From Selaginella moellendorffii (taxonomy: Eukaryota > Plantae > Lycopodiophyta), in assembly GCF_000143415.4 (NCBI RefSeq), contig NW_003314282.1, positions 159,700 to 223,699 on the forward strand: 64,000 nucleotides of DNA. Direction: 5' to 3'. The translations under genes were made by a program, and so were the position numbers. The notes beneath the pieces are model-generated. The model worked only from the letters and a program-made list of their open reading frames with translations. It was not told the origin of the DNA and ran no database searches. This document shows positions 35,696-48,756 of this stretch, in pieces (position 1 is the stretch's first letter; each line of letters begins with the position of its first letter).

Positions 35696-36339
35696 TCTCT
35701 TGCTCCCAATGACCTTGTCAAAGGGCTAGAGCCATCTCAAGAATAAGACTTGGTCAAAGTTAGAAATTTTTCTTTCTTTTTTTTGGTTATAGTGGGGGAA
35801 TAAGAGAATATTCTGCTAGAAAGGGGCAGGGCAAACAGCCAATTTCCAGGAATAACATGTGTGTAGAAGTGAAGGGAGTGTAATAAAGAGAAGGTTCTTG
35901 GAAGGATGCTTCATCCAACAGCCTTGGAGTGCATGGAGCAAAGGTTGGCAATGCAACAATGACTATAGTCACATCATAGTGAGAATTGCTTGAGATCAAT
36001 CAATTTGTGTGAGTTGTCCGACTTGTGGGCAGCACTGGGTTAGAATGTTGGCAAAGGTTCTAGCAGCTGATGAAGCTAGGAACGAGGTTAGGCAGCAATG
36101 ATTTTCCACTTTGCTAGTGTGTCGTCATGAGGAGCAACATTGTTTAGTGCACTGCCCAAGAAGCAAAGCAAGTGTGGAGATTGTGGTAGAAGGGTGAGCA
36201 CTAGGAGAAGCCAAGCTACCCTCACCAAATCGAGGCCATTCCTTCCTGGTGTATGAGCCAAAGAAGTCAAAAGTACTTGGCGAGATTTGTAGAAGCACAA
36301 AAGCGAGAGGAAAGACGAACAAGGTAAAGACGTGAGAGA

Positions 36340-36870
36340 GATTTGAGAATTCTTGTGAGAAATTTGCCATTGGATTATGATCCCGAGAGTCCAAGAGCGA
36401 GGAGTGCAAATCCTCAACCAAACAGTCTTGTCAGCAAGCAGGAGAATAATCAAGAACAAGAAGATGAGTGGCAAGAGTTCCAGTCATCACCACAGTGGCA
36501 ACAGCCAGTAGAGCAACGGCAACAACAACCACAATCCAACAAGTACAACAGCCTCAACAACAACAAATCAAGGCAGATGCAATAGATTGCAGGAAACTTT
36601 TTTCAGCCACGTTACAAGGTGTAGCTGCAGAATGGATGGCTCAAGTTCCAGCAGTGATAGATTGGGCAGCGTTGAGGGTATCCTTTTTGGCTACCTTCAG
36701 GCTGGTAAGCTTTTCACAACGACTTATGAGTGATCTGAGTCATTTCCAACTCTTGCCAGGTGAGAGTTTACAAAGCTATACATTAAAGTTCAAGGGATTA
36801 ATCCTCAAGAAGCAGCCACATTCGACAAAAGAGGAGCAAGCACAGTACCACATGAATGGCTTGCCTCTTC
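36340..36870 (+). mobile_element. Retrotransposon gag fragment
   Basis: LFSATLQGVAAEWM..DWAALRVSFL..GESLQSYTLKF..MNGLP resembles the Retrotrans_gag pattern. Confidence 0.6.
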
Positions 36871-39800
36871 TATATAGTTTTCTCATATTGGAAGTCTTAT
36901 TTCTCTTATCTAGTGTTTTCATATAGTTAAATTTTGAAAAACCACATCATTTGGCTTGCTATGTGAGAGCTTGTGGGTTTCCAAATAGTGCATGCTCTGC
37001 AGCACTAGTAGCACTAATAGTCATAGGCTTTGGAGCTGTCTTGCAGAGGTTTGTGATGCTGTGCAGCACCAATCTCAAGATCTTAGCACAAGGTCAAATG
37101 GGACAGTTTTTGGGGTTGTTATCAACACTCCAAACTTGGCAAGTTTGACTAGTGGGAATTATCTCCAGGGAATAAACATTTACATTGTGCACCCGGAGGA
37201 TAATATGATCAAGTTGGCTCTCCATAGTTTGTGCATGAGACGGCAAGAAATGATGCTTGCTAGAGAGTAGGACATCCTACAGCATTTTGAAGCGCATACC
37301 CATATCGTGCAGCTCTGGTTGTTGAGTTTTGGAGCCCCTGACCCAGTCATCAGCCCTCTCCAGCTAAGTTAACAAACAAGTTAACATCTGACCCTATTCT
37401 CAAGATATTGCATGGCATTCATGGGGTTCAAATGCTTGAGGTGCATTTTGACTACAAGGTGCTGGTGCATCCAGAGATAGAGTCCCATACTGCCATATAA
37501 CCAATAAATGGCATATGTCATTTGCCATGATGCTGTTCTATGCTGATTGCATCTTGCTCAATGGTGATTTGAAAGTCAATTCTAAATTCTCTTTTAATTT
37601 TTTCTATCTATGCATTAATCCTTTTGTGAGCCTTAGATTTTCCCAAGACTTCTGTTTAGTGCAGAAAGTTTGGCTTTTGATCACAAGAGACTGTTTGCCT
37701 GGGGAGACTCTCCTCCATCTTTGTTCACATGCCTTGGAGGCTCTAGGACATCTCTCTCCCGGAGACAAATCCAAAGGCATTCTTCAGGAATTCTTGGCAA
37801 ATGTGCAAATGTGCAGTGCCTGAGTAAAAGGCTGAAGATTCAGTTAAACCTTTGCAAGTTGCAGTGTTCCTTGACTTTTCGTATTAACCTTGAATACCAA
37901 GAGAATATTCTGGGAATATTTTATGGCTTTAGGCCTCAAATGTTTGCATGGGGAGAAAAATATATGAAAAACTCATCATTATGTTTTGACTTTACTTGCA
38001 CACACTCTTGTTTTTCTATGGGTTTAAGTTGGTAACTGCCATGCTATTGCATCCTCTATTAACTAACAATTGAATTTCTAAGTGACAGTCTAGCATTGCT
38101 TTGATCTAGCGCCTTAAACATCTAATGCATTAATCATCCCAAACATTATAAAAGGGATTGTTGTTCATTTTCCTGGCTTAAATACCATGAAAGTGGACAA
38201 ATGAATTATATATAGGTATATATATATTGCCACATGGGTACAACCATTGCCACATCATTTCAACTTTTACAAAGTGTAAAGTTCTTGTCAAGAACTTGCA
38301 TAGATGTTAGACATAGGATCGTAAGCAGCTGAGTTCTCTGGATTGAACACCACCAATGCCTCAAACGCAATCCTCCCATGCTTCATGTCCCTCCACTTGT
38401 GACAAGCCCCAAGCAGCGCCATCCAAGCCAGCCATAAAAGTCCACCATGCACGTCGCAAGAACTCCATCACCCTCCAAGCCACACCTGTAAATCTCCGAG
38501 TGGATCTCTTTCCCAGCTTGGAGAGACACAACCCTGGCAAAAGCAGTGAGAGCAGCGGCCAGAGTTTGAGTGTCGGGGGTGTAACTCTTGTTGACCAGTT
38601 TGTAGAGCTCCAGTGCTATGTCACGTTCTCCATCATCGGCGTATCCCAGCATGAGCGTGCTCCACAAAACCAGGCCCGGATCTGGCATAGTGTCAAAAAC
38701 TCGCCGAGCATCGCCCATGCTTCCACACTTGACGTAAAAGTCGATCAAGCTGCTCGCGACGAAGGTGTTTTCCAAGTCACCGGGACACTTGGCTGCTGCC
38801 TCCGAGTGGACCGCCATTCCTTTCTCGAGAGCTGCTAACTTGACAAAATTTCCCTCGACTTGAGTGCCATCTTCTTTCTCGGCCAGACCAATGCAGGCTT
38901 TCAGTGCTGCTACGATCGCTCGAGTGTCCGGGACACAGTCTTGTGGTCGCAAACCAGTGAAAGCCTCCAGTGCCAGATCTTCTTTACCGTTTCGAGCGTA
39001 GCCAAGCACGAGTGACGTCCAAGAGACCAAGTTTTGTGAAGCAGCTCCTCCCAGGAAGACTCTCCGAGCCTCCTCCATTCTACCACAGTGCGCGTACATG
39101 TCGATCAAAGAGCTTGCAACGAAAACGTTCGAGTCGCAGCAGCACTTAACAGCCTGAGAGTGAACATCTCTTCCTCGCTCGAGAGCTGCGTTCTGCTTGC
39201 CATGGTTCCCAAGTTCTCGTTCCTTACCGGCCAAGCCCGTGCATGCCTTCAAAGCCGCGACGAACGTCAACCCATTTGGCACAAATCCTTGCGATTGCAT
39301 CTCTCCAACCAAGTCCAGAGCTACTTCTTCCTCTCCATTCTCTGCGTGGCCGAGAGTCAGATCAGTCCAGAGAACTACATCTCGACGGTGCCTCAGTATC
39401 CTGTCGAAAACCATGCGAGCTTCCACCATGCTCCAACACTTCGCATACAAATCCACCAGAGAGCTCGCCACGAACACGTCCGTTTCCAAACCACGCTCGG
39501 CAACTTCAGCGGGGAGAACCTCTGCTACTTCCAACGATTTTCGCTTGACAAGCTTGCCATATATCTCGGTGCCTTCCTCTCTCGCTGCTTTCCCGGCACA
39601 GGCCTTCAACGCCGCAACGTAATTCCGACAATCTGGTGTGCAGCCTCGAGAACTCATGCACCGGAATAACTCGAGAGCAATCTCTTCCTCTCCATTGTCA
39701 GCATACAACACCGAGTCGTGCGAGACGATCATGTCGAAAACTTTGCGAGCGTCGAGCAAGCTCCCACATCTTGCATACATCTCCACCAGCGAGCTCGCCA

Positions 39801-40830
39801 AAAAAACATCCGAGTCGTAGTAAAACTGCGACACAGCCATCGCGTGAATGGCCATTCCCTTCTCCAAGCTTTGCGCCTTGACAACCTTTCCATCTATCTT
39901 CTGCCCGGTTTCCATCGCAGCCAGAGCCATGCAAGCTTTTACCACCGCCACGAGAGCCTGTCCGTTCGGAGAGCATCGCTGGAGTTGCATGCGTTGGAAC
40001 AGCTCGAGGGCCACCTCTGGCTCGCGGTTCTCGGAGTATCCCGCGATCAAAGTTGTCCACGACACAACATCCGGGCGCTGGATCCTCTCAAACACCTGGC
40101 GAGCGTCTTCGAGGCTTCCACACTTGAGAAACATATCGAGCGCTGCGTTTGCCACGAATATATCTGTGTCGGAGGAACAGCTTTTTCCAGAGCCGCCGCC
40201 TTGACGAGTTTGTGTTGGCTCGGGAGCTTAACCGCTTCTTTCGCTGCCAGCACGCCCTGATAGATTCTCCTCATAACCAAGTACCAAAACCGTCCAGGAG
40301 ACCAAACTGTGACTCGGGATCCTCTGAAAAACCTGGAAGGCGTCAGCCAAGTTCCCACACTCCCACACTCGGCATATAAACTGATGAGCTCCCTGGCTTT
40401 ATCGAGCGGTGCAAACCTTAGCAAAAACTTGCCGCTGGACCATGAGCTTCTACTGCAAGCCTTTCAAGCAGCGACGTAAGAGAGACCATCCTTCTGACCT
40501 CATCCTGGAGAAGAGATCGAGCGCGAGCTCTCCTTGATCGTTATCGGCATGAGCGCGTTCCAAGGGACCACATCGTCGTGCGGGTGTCCGCGAGGCTGCC
40601 ACATTTTGCGAACATGTTTATCAGAGTGTGTTTGTTTCCATACCCGTTTGGATGGCATCAGCGTGAGCAATCCTTCCTCTGTCCAAGTCTTTGGCAGCGG
40701 AGCAATCTTCGAGCCGATCAAGCAGCCGGCGAGATTTTTGGATCGAACCTTGGACGTGTTGTTGGCACTCTTGCGTATCACTTGCATTGACGGCGACAGT
40801 GTGTAGACTTTTGTTCCTCGCGAGGAGAGG
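36870..40830. repeat. Segmental duplicate of ~7620-8507 + 11900-15720, lacking element B
   Basis: Collinear similarity across non-coding sequence and the PPR gene; empty site aagattcagttaaac. Confidence 0.88.
38260..40778 (-). pseudogene. PLS-E PPR pseudogene, paralogue of 12521-15676
   Basis: 590-aa residual ORF nearly identical to the intact gene; ATG>ATA at 40776-40778, many 5' deletions, deletion into the E domain at ~38430. Confidence 0.9.
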
Positions 40831-41197
40831 CCACGAAGAAGCTAGAAAGTAAGGAACACTGAGTGGAAGAAAAAGAACATTATAACTTGATAACATGACC
40901 ACGAAATCGTGGAAATCACGAAATCTGGAAATAATATCCAGATTTGCCAATGGAGTGGCCATTGCTCCTCCAGCGTGGTCACAAGAAGGCACGCATATAA
41001 ACCCTAAGACTTGGACGGCAACAGTTGGATGCTGGATCGCATCGAAAAATCCAAGCGAAACGAGACTATCGATTTCAGTGACAAGCGCTTCCTTAATGCC
41101 GCGTGAATGCCACTTCAAATAAAATATGATAGTGGAACTCTAGAAGATAAACTATCACCTCACACATATAGCGCAGTTCTTCGTTGGATCAGTGGTC

Positions 41198-42361
41198 ATG
41201 GATTCCACATGGTGGAGCAAGGACACGATCGCGCTCGTCACCGGCGCCAACAAAGGGCTCGGCCTCCAGATCGTGCGCGAGCTGGCGTCGCGCGGCATTA
41301 CGACGATTCTCACATCCAGGGATGAGCGCCGGGGCCGCGAGGCTGCGGAAACCCTGGCGCGCGAGGGATTGGCGGTCGTCTACCACCGCCTGGATGTCTG
41401 CGACGCCGGATCCGTGGAAGAAATCGCGCGCTGGATCGCGGCGGAGTATCCATCGGGCATTGACATCCTGGCAAGTGGAAAATACTTCGAGTGTTCTTGG
41501 TGTTCTTGGTGTTCTTGGCATTCGTTACTGCGGGATCTCGGTGATCACATCTAAGATTCGTGTATCCTCCTTGCAGATCAACAATGCGGGAGTGATGCTG
41601 CTGCTAGATCGTGACAGACTCGAGGCGGCGAGGACGATCATCGGCACGAATTACTACGGCCTCAAGAGGACCACCGAGGCGATTCTCCCACTCCTCAAGC
41701 GCGGCGGCCGGATCATCAACATGAACTCCAAGGCCGGAGACATCGCGGTAAAGATTTTCTCTTCCCGAAGATCTTTGTTCTCATCTTTGTTTCTACGTAC
41801 CAGTTCGTCAAGAACGAGTGGAGAGAAAGGCTCCAAGACCTCCGGCGCCTCACCGCCCAAGAGATCGATCGATTCATCGCGGAATTCCTCCGCGACGTCG
41901 GGGAGAATCGAGTGACCGCCGCTGGCTGGCCGACCTTCGACTACGTCCCGGGCGATCCAGAGGCAGTCTCGAGCTACTGGGTCTCCAAGATCGCCGCCGC
42001 CGCCTACACGCGCCTCCTCCACAAGCAAATCGCGCAGAGCTCGCGAGAGGACCGCCAGATCTTCGTGAATTCGATGTGCCCGGGATTGACAGCCACGGAC
42101 ATGACGACCAAGGTCGGGCATTCGGTAGAGATTGGAGCGGACACCGCAGTGTGGCTCGCGCTCATCCCCAGCGCCGCCAGCCCCTCCGGGGGATTTTTCA
42201 TGCTCCGGCGAGACGTGGGCTTCTCTGGAATGCCGTTCTACTGCAATGGGGAGCTCCAGATCATCCAGAACGAGGACAAACCGGCGATGGATCTGGAGCC
42301 TCTGCCCAGCGCCGAGAAGGGGGAAATTAAAGAGCATCCTCTTCCTCTTCAAGCAATGTGA
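41198..42361 (+). CDS. Short-chain dehydrogenase/reductase (carbonyl reductase / neomenthol dehydrogenase-like); exons 41198-41470, 41577-41747, 41804-42361
   Basis: TGANKGLG, DIL|INNAG, YWVSK, NSMCPG motifs; exons join in frame. Confidence 0.92.
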
Positions 42362-42839
42362 GCAATGCGCTGGGGATCGATTCAATCGAAGCAATCCCAC
42401 AGCGCCCAGCTCCAATCCAGTCGATATTGCTTAAGATTATGTTGAGCTCCTGCTCTGGAGAGCAGAGCACGGCAGGAGCTCGACCGTCTGTAAGCGTCCA
42501 AAACAAATCAATCTAGCTAGCAATCAGTCAAACGCGCGATCAGAAAACTTTGAAGACTGATTTGATTCGAATGCGTCATCGATCGAAACCTCAGCGCTGG
42601 TTCGCATCACATCGCGACAGCCGCAAGCCAAGAACCCTAGACTAGCAACCAAGAACCCTAGAGTAACACGAGCCCTAAAAAAATTAAAAAGAAAATATGC
42701 TTCTAGCATATTCTACCAAGAATATGCTAAACCCTTAAAATAAAACACCTCACGCGGAGAAAGAATCAAGGGATTACATTTACACACATTGCAACAAGGA
42801 AAACAAACAAAAAATTTTCTTCCCTTCCCTCACGTTTTT

Positions 42840-44929
42840 TTAGCACCTTATTTCGTACGATCCAGCTCTTGTGATGTAGCGTACCCATTCCACTGTGCTG
42901 TATCCACTCTTTTCCCACACCTGAGGAGCCAGAAAGAAATCATTCCAGAATTCCTAAACAATCGCGACGAGTTTGCTTACCTTGAGAAACCTCACCCGCA
43001 ATCCAGAGGCAGTGAACATTGGGACCTGGTAAGAAATTGTAAGAAATCACGCAAGAGAAAGATAGTGTTTTTTACTTGAAACTCCATCTGAATTGGTGGT
43101 CGTGTCCAGCTCTTTCTCTCGACCATCGTTGAGATAAGTTCCACTTCGGCACTCATTGTCAGCTCGGCTTGGCCGGGGAACTTCCGGATCCTGAGAATTG
43201 GTGGTCTAGTTACGAAAGCAATCGAAGATAAGAGGCCTTACTTCCATAGCAAGCAATCCACTGAGGCGTTATACTTGGCGCGGCCGGATGTAACTTGAAA
43301 GCTCGCTTTTGCCGTCTGCTTAGGGACTGGAACTTTTACAACTACGCCAAGAGCAAACATCTTTGATCCAAAGAGACTCTTGACCTGCACAAAGTCTTGA
43401 GAAGAAAGCCTTGAGAGATATTGGTTTACCTTCACATTCACTTCCATACGCGTGCGACCAAGTTCTTTGATGCTGGGAAAAACTCGAAAGGGAAGGTTGA
43501 TCCCTTCAGTGATTCGATACCTGGAAAAGATATGAAAAGATATAAGTACCAAGTTAGCTATACCATCACAAACTTGTCTAGTACTTCATCAGCTCGAATT
43601 CTCCATCCGGAGGAACAAAGCTGACCGTCTTCTCGGAGTTAAATCTGGTTAAGTTGACGCACTGATGAAACGTGACATCGTCCAGCTCTATCGTTTTCCC
43701 ACTGAAAAATTTTTATCAATCAAAAAGGTTGCACTAATGTACACCTTAAAGCATACCTTTTTGCAGGACGCGCTTTCACCTGTGCTTCCTTTTCAAGTCC
43801 TATTTTGTCGTTGAGCCCGAGCTTTAGATCAGGCATGCCCGATAGAAAGCACTTCATGAGAATCTTCCCTGTTACGTCGCATCTGAGGATTGTCCCTACA
43901 TAAAGAAGGAAGAATATTTCCAACAAGGACTTTTCAGTGGCAAGCGCCTTACCCTTTTGTGACATAAGAAGGTTCACACTCTCCACGATATCCAAAAACA
44001 CCTAGAAAGCATACGGTATTAGTCTAGCATCAAAGTTCGAAAAACAGCAAACCTCGTTTTTCTTGTAAACAAGACCCTCTCTTCTCCATCCCACTGCACC
44101 GGTGACTTGAAGAGTAGCATTTGCTGGGGGTCTTGTATCTATGGGCTGGAAAAAGATAAATTCTGTTAACCAGCCAGGCAATGCAACACATCGCTACCTT
44201 CGAGAATGGCGAACGAACACCCTCCTGAGTTATATAGAGCTTCAAAATCTCAGGAGAAAGATTTTGCGGGTATCCAAAGTCCATGATCTCTGCACATTTC
44301 AAAAGTGTGATGAATTTTCCGAGAAACCAAACGAAAATACCGTCGAGAAGCTCGTAGATGAGCACAAAGTTATTTCTGATAGCGTCCTCATCAAAAGCAC
44401 CACCGAAATAACTCTTGAAAAGAGCCACAGCCTGTGAAAAACCAACGAGAAAGGAGCAAAGTTTAAGAACAAGAGAAACAAAATCTCTGAAAGCGTAGAC
44501 CTCCACGACAAATTTGAGAGCACAGGCAGCATTGGCATTGCTGCTGACGACGATCACAATGTAGACATTGCTGATCCGCATGTAGAGGAAGGAGCATCCA
44601 CCAATCTGGCGAACGGGGCAAGTTCCCAAGTCCTTGGTTTGCATGATATGCGTTCTAAAGGCGTCCACCATGTTCCCTCTGCAAAATTAAACGTAGCCAG
44701 TCACTCTAAGAGCCCTAAATTCTCACTCCGGAGCTGGATCTCGGGCCCGAGCCGACCCAAAAGCTCGCGAAATATGACCCCGTGCTGCCCCAGGACACCC
44801 TAGATCTAGCGCTCGAAATGCCGGAGAGAATTGGGAGGATTCTTACCCGACATCGTCCCTGTAGAGGCGATTGATGAGCACATCCCCTCGCAGGTTGAGG
44901 AAGTAGATCGCGGAAGCCGCGACCGGCAT
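42840..44929 (-). CDS. AP2M: AP-2 adaptor complex mu subunit, multi-exon
   Basis: [64 protein letters not shown]-terminal [12 protein letters not shown]. Confidence 0.96.
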
Positions 44930-45077
44930 GATCGATGCGCCCAAACGCCTTAGGGTTTGAAGCGCATAGAAGCTCTCTCCCCGTGCTAGCGCCCTGGCGT
45001 TCAAAGCTCACTATGACTCTAAACCTGGCCGATTCCAACGGCCAAGATGGAATGGCCTCCCAACGGTGGCGATTGCG

Positions 45078-47063
45078 TCAACGGTCAAGTCTAGTCAATC
45101 CAGTCAACGCCTTTCCTTGCAAGGAATTGGAGAGCAGCACATACAAAGCCCCATGTTTTGGGAAGGAGTTTAGAACGTTCTTGGCCGCTTCTACTCCAAA
45201 TTCCAGTTGGTTGTGATCGAAACACGCTGAGAGAAAGCACGTCCACTCCAAAGTATCAGGCATAAAAGGCATGGAATCTAAGAGATCCCTCGCATCTGTG
45301 AGATACCCAGATCGCCCAAGAACATCCACCATGCAAGTGTAGTGCTGCTTTGTTGGGCTCCTCCCATAGTCAAACTTCGTCGAGGTCATCCAGCATCGAG
45401 CATCGAAAACTCTTCCCAGGCGGCTGCACGCAATGAGCAGCGATGCAATGCAGCTCTCGTCGGGCGGATCGATCAGTCTCATCTCGTCGAAGAGATCAAA
45501 TGCGCTGCTTGGACTGCCAGTATATGCGTAAGCAGCCAGCATTCCACTTTGAGAGATCATGTCCTGAGAAGGCATCCGATCGAAGATCCTCCTGCCGAGA
45601 TCTATATGCCCATATTGGGTATACGCCACAACCATAACGCTCCACGAGATTAGGTCTCGCTGCGACATTGAATCAAACATAAGCTTTGCTTCCTCCAAAT
45701 GCCGGTTATGGGCATATACCGCAACCATTGCGTTATATGCGACCACGTCTTGCTCGGGCATGGCGTCAAAGACCTGCTTGGCATGCTCCACGTAAAACAT
45801 TCCGGCATAAGCTGCCAGCATGGACGTCCATGTCACTTGATTCCTTTCTGGCATAGCTTCAAACACTGTCCTTGCCTCCTCCAGATGCCCTTGCGTGGCA
45901 TAAGCTGCCAGCATGGCACTCCACGTCACCAAGTCCCGCTGGGGCATCTCGTCGAAGATCCTTTTCGCTTGATCAAGTTGCCCTGATTGGGCATAAGCGG
46001 CCAACATGGCAGTACACGTCACCAGGTCCCTCTGCGGCATTCGTTCAAACACATCCCGAGCGTCCGCTAGGCGCCCGTTGTGGGCATAGACGGTCAGGAT
46101 GGCGGTCCAGGAGATGAGATCCTGGACCTCCATTTGGTCGAAGATCTCCTTGGCCATTCCGAAATCGCCACTCTCGGAATAGGCGGTCAACATGGCGGTC
46201 CACGATACTAGATCCCACTGTGGACACTCGCTGAACAAGGCTCTTGCTTGGAGAATATGCCCATTTTGGGCATATGCTGTGAGCATCATCGTGAAGAGAA
46301 TGAGATCACGCATTGGCATTTTATCGAAACATCTCTTGGCCTCTTCGATTTTGCCACTGCGAGCGCAGATTCCGACAATCACTGTCCAGGAGCTCATGTT
46401 TGGGACTGGAATCAAATCAAACAGCTGCTTCGCCTCAATCGATTGCCCTCTCTGGGCATAAGCAGAAAGAAGCGCGTTCCAGGAGGAGACGTTCCTCTCG
46501 GGCATTCGATCAAAGAGGTGTTTTGCTTCCGCAATCTGGCCAAACTGCGCATACCCAGCTACGATCGTGGTCCAAGAGATCAAGTTGGGATCAAGAATTT
46601 CATCAAACAACCGCCTGGCTCGTCGCAATTTCCCCGCCTTGGCAAGCGCGGACAGGAGAACGTTCCAGGAGACGATCGTTCTGTCCGGCATCGCATGGAA
46701 CACAAACTCGGCCTCGTCGATGCAGCCGTTGCGCGCGTAGGCGGACAGCATGAGATCCCACGAGTAGAAATCCTTGCTCGGGATGGAATCAAAGACCACT
46801 CTCGCGCTTGCAGCGCTGCCACACTTCCCATACATCTCTAGCAGCTTGTGCGAGAGATAAATGTCGCCGGTGCCCAGCACAGTCGCGAATCGGGCGTGGA
46901 TCTCTCTCCCGGCGGACAGAGTCGTGCACGATTGAATCGCCCGGGCAAATTTGTCCCGGTCCATCCTCGGCTGTCCGATGGCCAAGATCGAACGCTCCAC
47001 ATTCAAATCCTCTTGCCCTAAAAGTACAAATAAACCAGCTAATATCCGTTCGATGGAGTCCAT
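45078..47063 (-). CDS. PLS-class PPR protein dominated by tandem 31-aa S/SS motifs, E-type C terminus
   Basis: Repeats DLVSWTAMLAAYAQ.G....A..IFD.MP; HYTCMVDVLGRSG..MPF.PD..EWTCFLSAC; start codon uncertain. Confidence 0.9.
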   Translation of the reverse strand: MDSIERILAGLFVLLGQEDLNVERSILAIGQPRMDRDKFARAIQSCTTLSAGREIHARFATVLGTGDIYLSHKLLEMYGKCGSAASARVVFDSIPSKDFYSWDLMLSAYARNGCIDEAEFVFHAMPDRTIVSWNVLLSALAKAGKLRRARRLFDEILDPNLISWTTIVAGYAQFGQIAEAKHLFDRMPERNVSSWNALLSAYAQRGQSIEAKQLFDLIPVPNMSSWTVIVGICARSGKIEEAKRCFDKMPMRDLILFTMMLTAYAQNGHILQARALFSECPQWDLVSWTAMLTAYSESGDFGMAKEIFDQMEVQDLISWTAILTVYAHNGRLADARDVFERMPQRDLVTCTAMLAAYAQSGQLDQAKRIFDEMPQRDLVTWSAMLAAYATQGHLEEARTVFEAMPERNQVTWTSMLAAYAGMFYVEHAKQVFDAMPEQDVVAYNAMVAVYAHNRHLEEAKLMFDSMSQRDLISWSVMVVAYTQYGHIDLGRRIFDRMPSQDMISQSGMLAAYAYTGSPSSAFDLFDEMRLIDPPDESCIASLLIACSRLGRVFDARCWMTSTKFDYGRSPTKQHYTCMVDVLGRSGYLTDARDLLDSMPFMPDTLEWTCFLSACFDHNQLEFGVEAAKNVLNSFPKHGALYVLLSNSLQGKALTGLTRLDR

Positions 47064-48756
47064 CTGACGGCCATTATTTGAATCCAAGAACCCTAATCTC
47101 GCGCTAGTGGTTGTTGACTAACAGCGCCACACAGCAGCAGCATGATTGTGTTGTTCATCATTTCTTGAGGATCTCTGTACACATCCGTTGACAATGCGTC
47201 GTCAACCCTTGATCCTCTCATCTATCTATGGTGAAAAGCGGAAAAATTGGCGAGAGTGCTGCAGTAATTTCCTCCTCCCGCGCGTAATGAGACAGATTTA
47301 CTGCCGTATCAATGCGCGTTTGAAATTGATCGATCCAGTCGAGGAACTTTAATGGTGGGCGCTCGATTCATATGCCAATTCATCACTCTCTCACTCCGAT
47401 TGGATAGCAAGCATTAGATTTTGGCGACTGGGTGTGGAGGGCTTGAATGCGTGTATGCGTTATTCGCGGAATATGCCCGGCTTTGATTCCCGGGATCAAA
47501 GCCCTCCCATTGAATGCAAGGGCTCCCCAAATGCTCCCTCCCTTCCTGGCACGCCACTCTTTTCAAGCTCATTTAATGCGCGCTTGTCCCTACCATACAT
47601 ACACTTACTTTTACTACTACCACCCAAGAAATCTCTTTCCTCTTGAAAACATCCTCTGACCGCTCCATCGAGCGATCCAAACGCCGCGAAAGCTCGCGAT
47701 CGCTCGGGTGGGGTACAAATATACGCGCGCGATCGGTCGCTTTGCCTGCCGTGATCATCGCCTGGAACCATCACATTTCATTCGTTTGTCACGTCGCTGG
47801 TAAATGATAGATCAAGGTCTGGCTTTTCGATTGTATTGCCATTGTTGTTTGCGTGTTACGGTTGTGTGGGTGGGCGATCGATCTCGTATCTTATATGCTT
47901 TGAAGAAAAAGGACGAGGAAGATCGCTTGGCGGCGCCACCACCATCGCCACCATCTTTTCCTTCCTCTTTTTGTTTCTCTGTGTGTGTGAGAGAAATCTT
48001 CCACCCTGAGTTTGCGCCACCACCACCATTCAAAGCCAAAAACCTTGCGAGGGGTTTGAATGGATTCAAAGGTTTTGTGTGCTTGATCGTGTGACAGCGA
48101 GAGGGTTTGGTTTGCGGGCATTTGATGCGGTTTGCTGGTGAGTCGCTATTGGTTTTGGTCGATTTTTCTTTCACGAGAGAGAGTCCTAGAGCCCCCTTCC
48201 TTTTTCTTCCTCCCATCGATCGAAGCTCTCTCCCTGGCGCGCGAAGCTGGAAGTTTATCTTTTTCTTCGTGTGCGTGTGAGCAGTGCCAGTCGGGGTGTG
48301 TTAATGGTGTGAGCGATGCATTGAAAACGTTTGGTCGTCATTTGTACGCCGTCTTCCCTGACTTGCGACGAGGAGAGCTCTCTTTCTCTCTCTCATCTCG
48401 CTCTTTCTTTCCTCTCTAATCTTTGTCTTCTTCTCCCAGTCTATCGTTCGATCAATCTTTGGCCCGCGACGCCACGGCCCAGCGCAACAGCGTGCTTTCT
48501 TCTTTTTTTCTTAGTTTTTTGGTGGAATCGCAATCGCCCACCACTGTTTTAATACCTAGCTAGGCCTCTTCGCTTCGTCTTCTTCTTCATTTTCTCTACA
48601 AGGTCTTCGGTGGCGGTGCCGCCCAGCGAGGATTTTCCGCGCCAAAGCGAGCCGCTTCCCGGCAGAATCCAGCGTCTCGCAGCGACCCATCGCAGCAAAA
48701 TCGCAAATTGGTTCGTCAAGTCGCTGGAATTGGGCAGAGGAGCATAGCGTTGTAGT

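Noticed and set aside
45078-45300. DYW deaminase domain on PPR proteins
   Set aside because: No HxE/CxxC/DYW motifs; both intact PLS genes end at the E region
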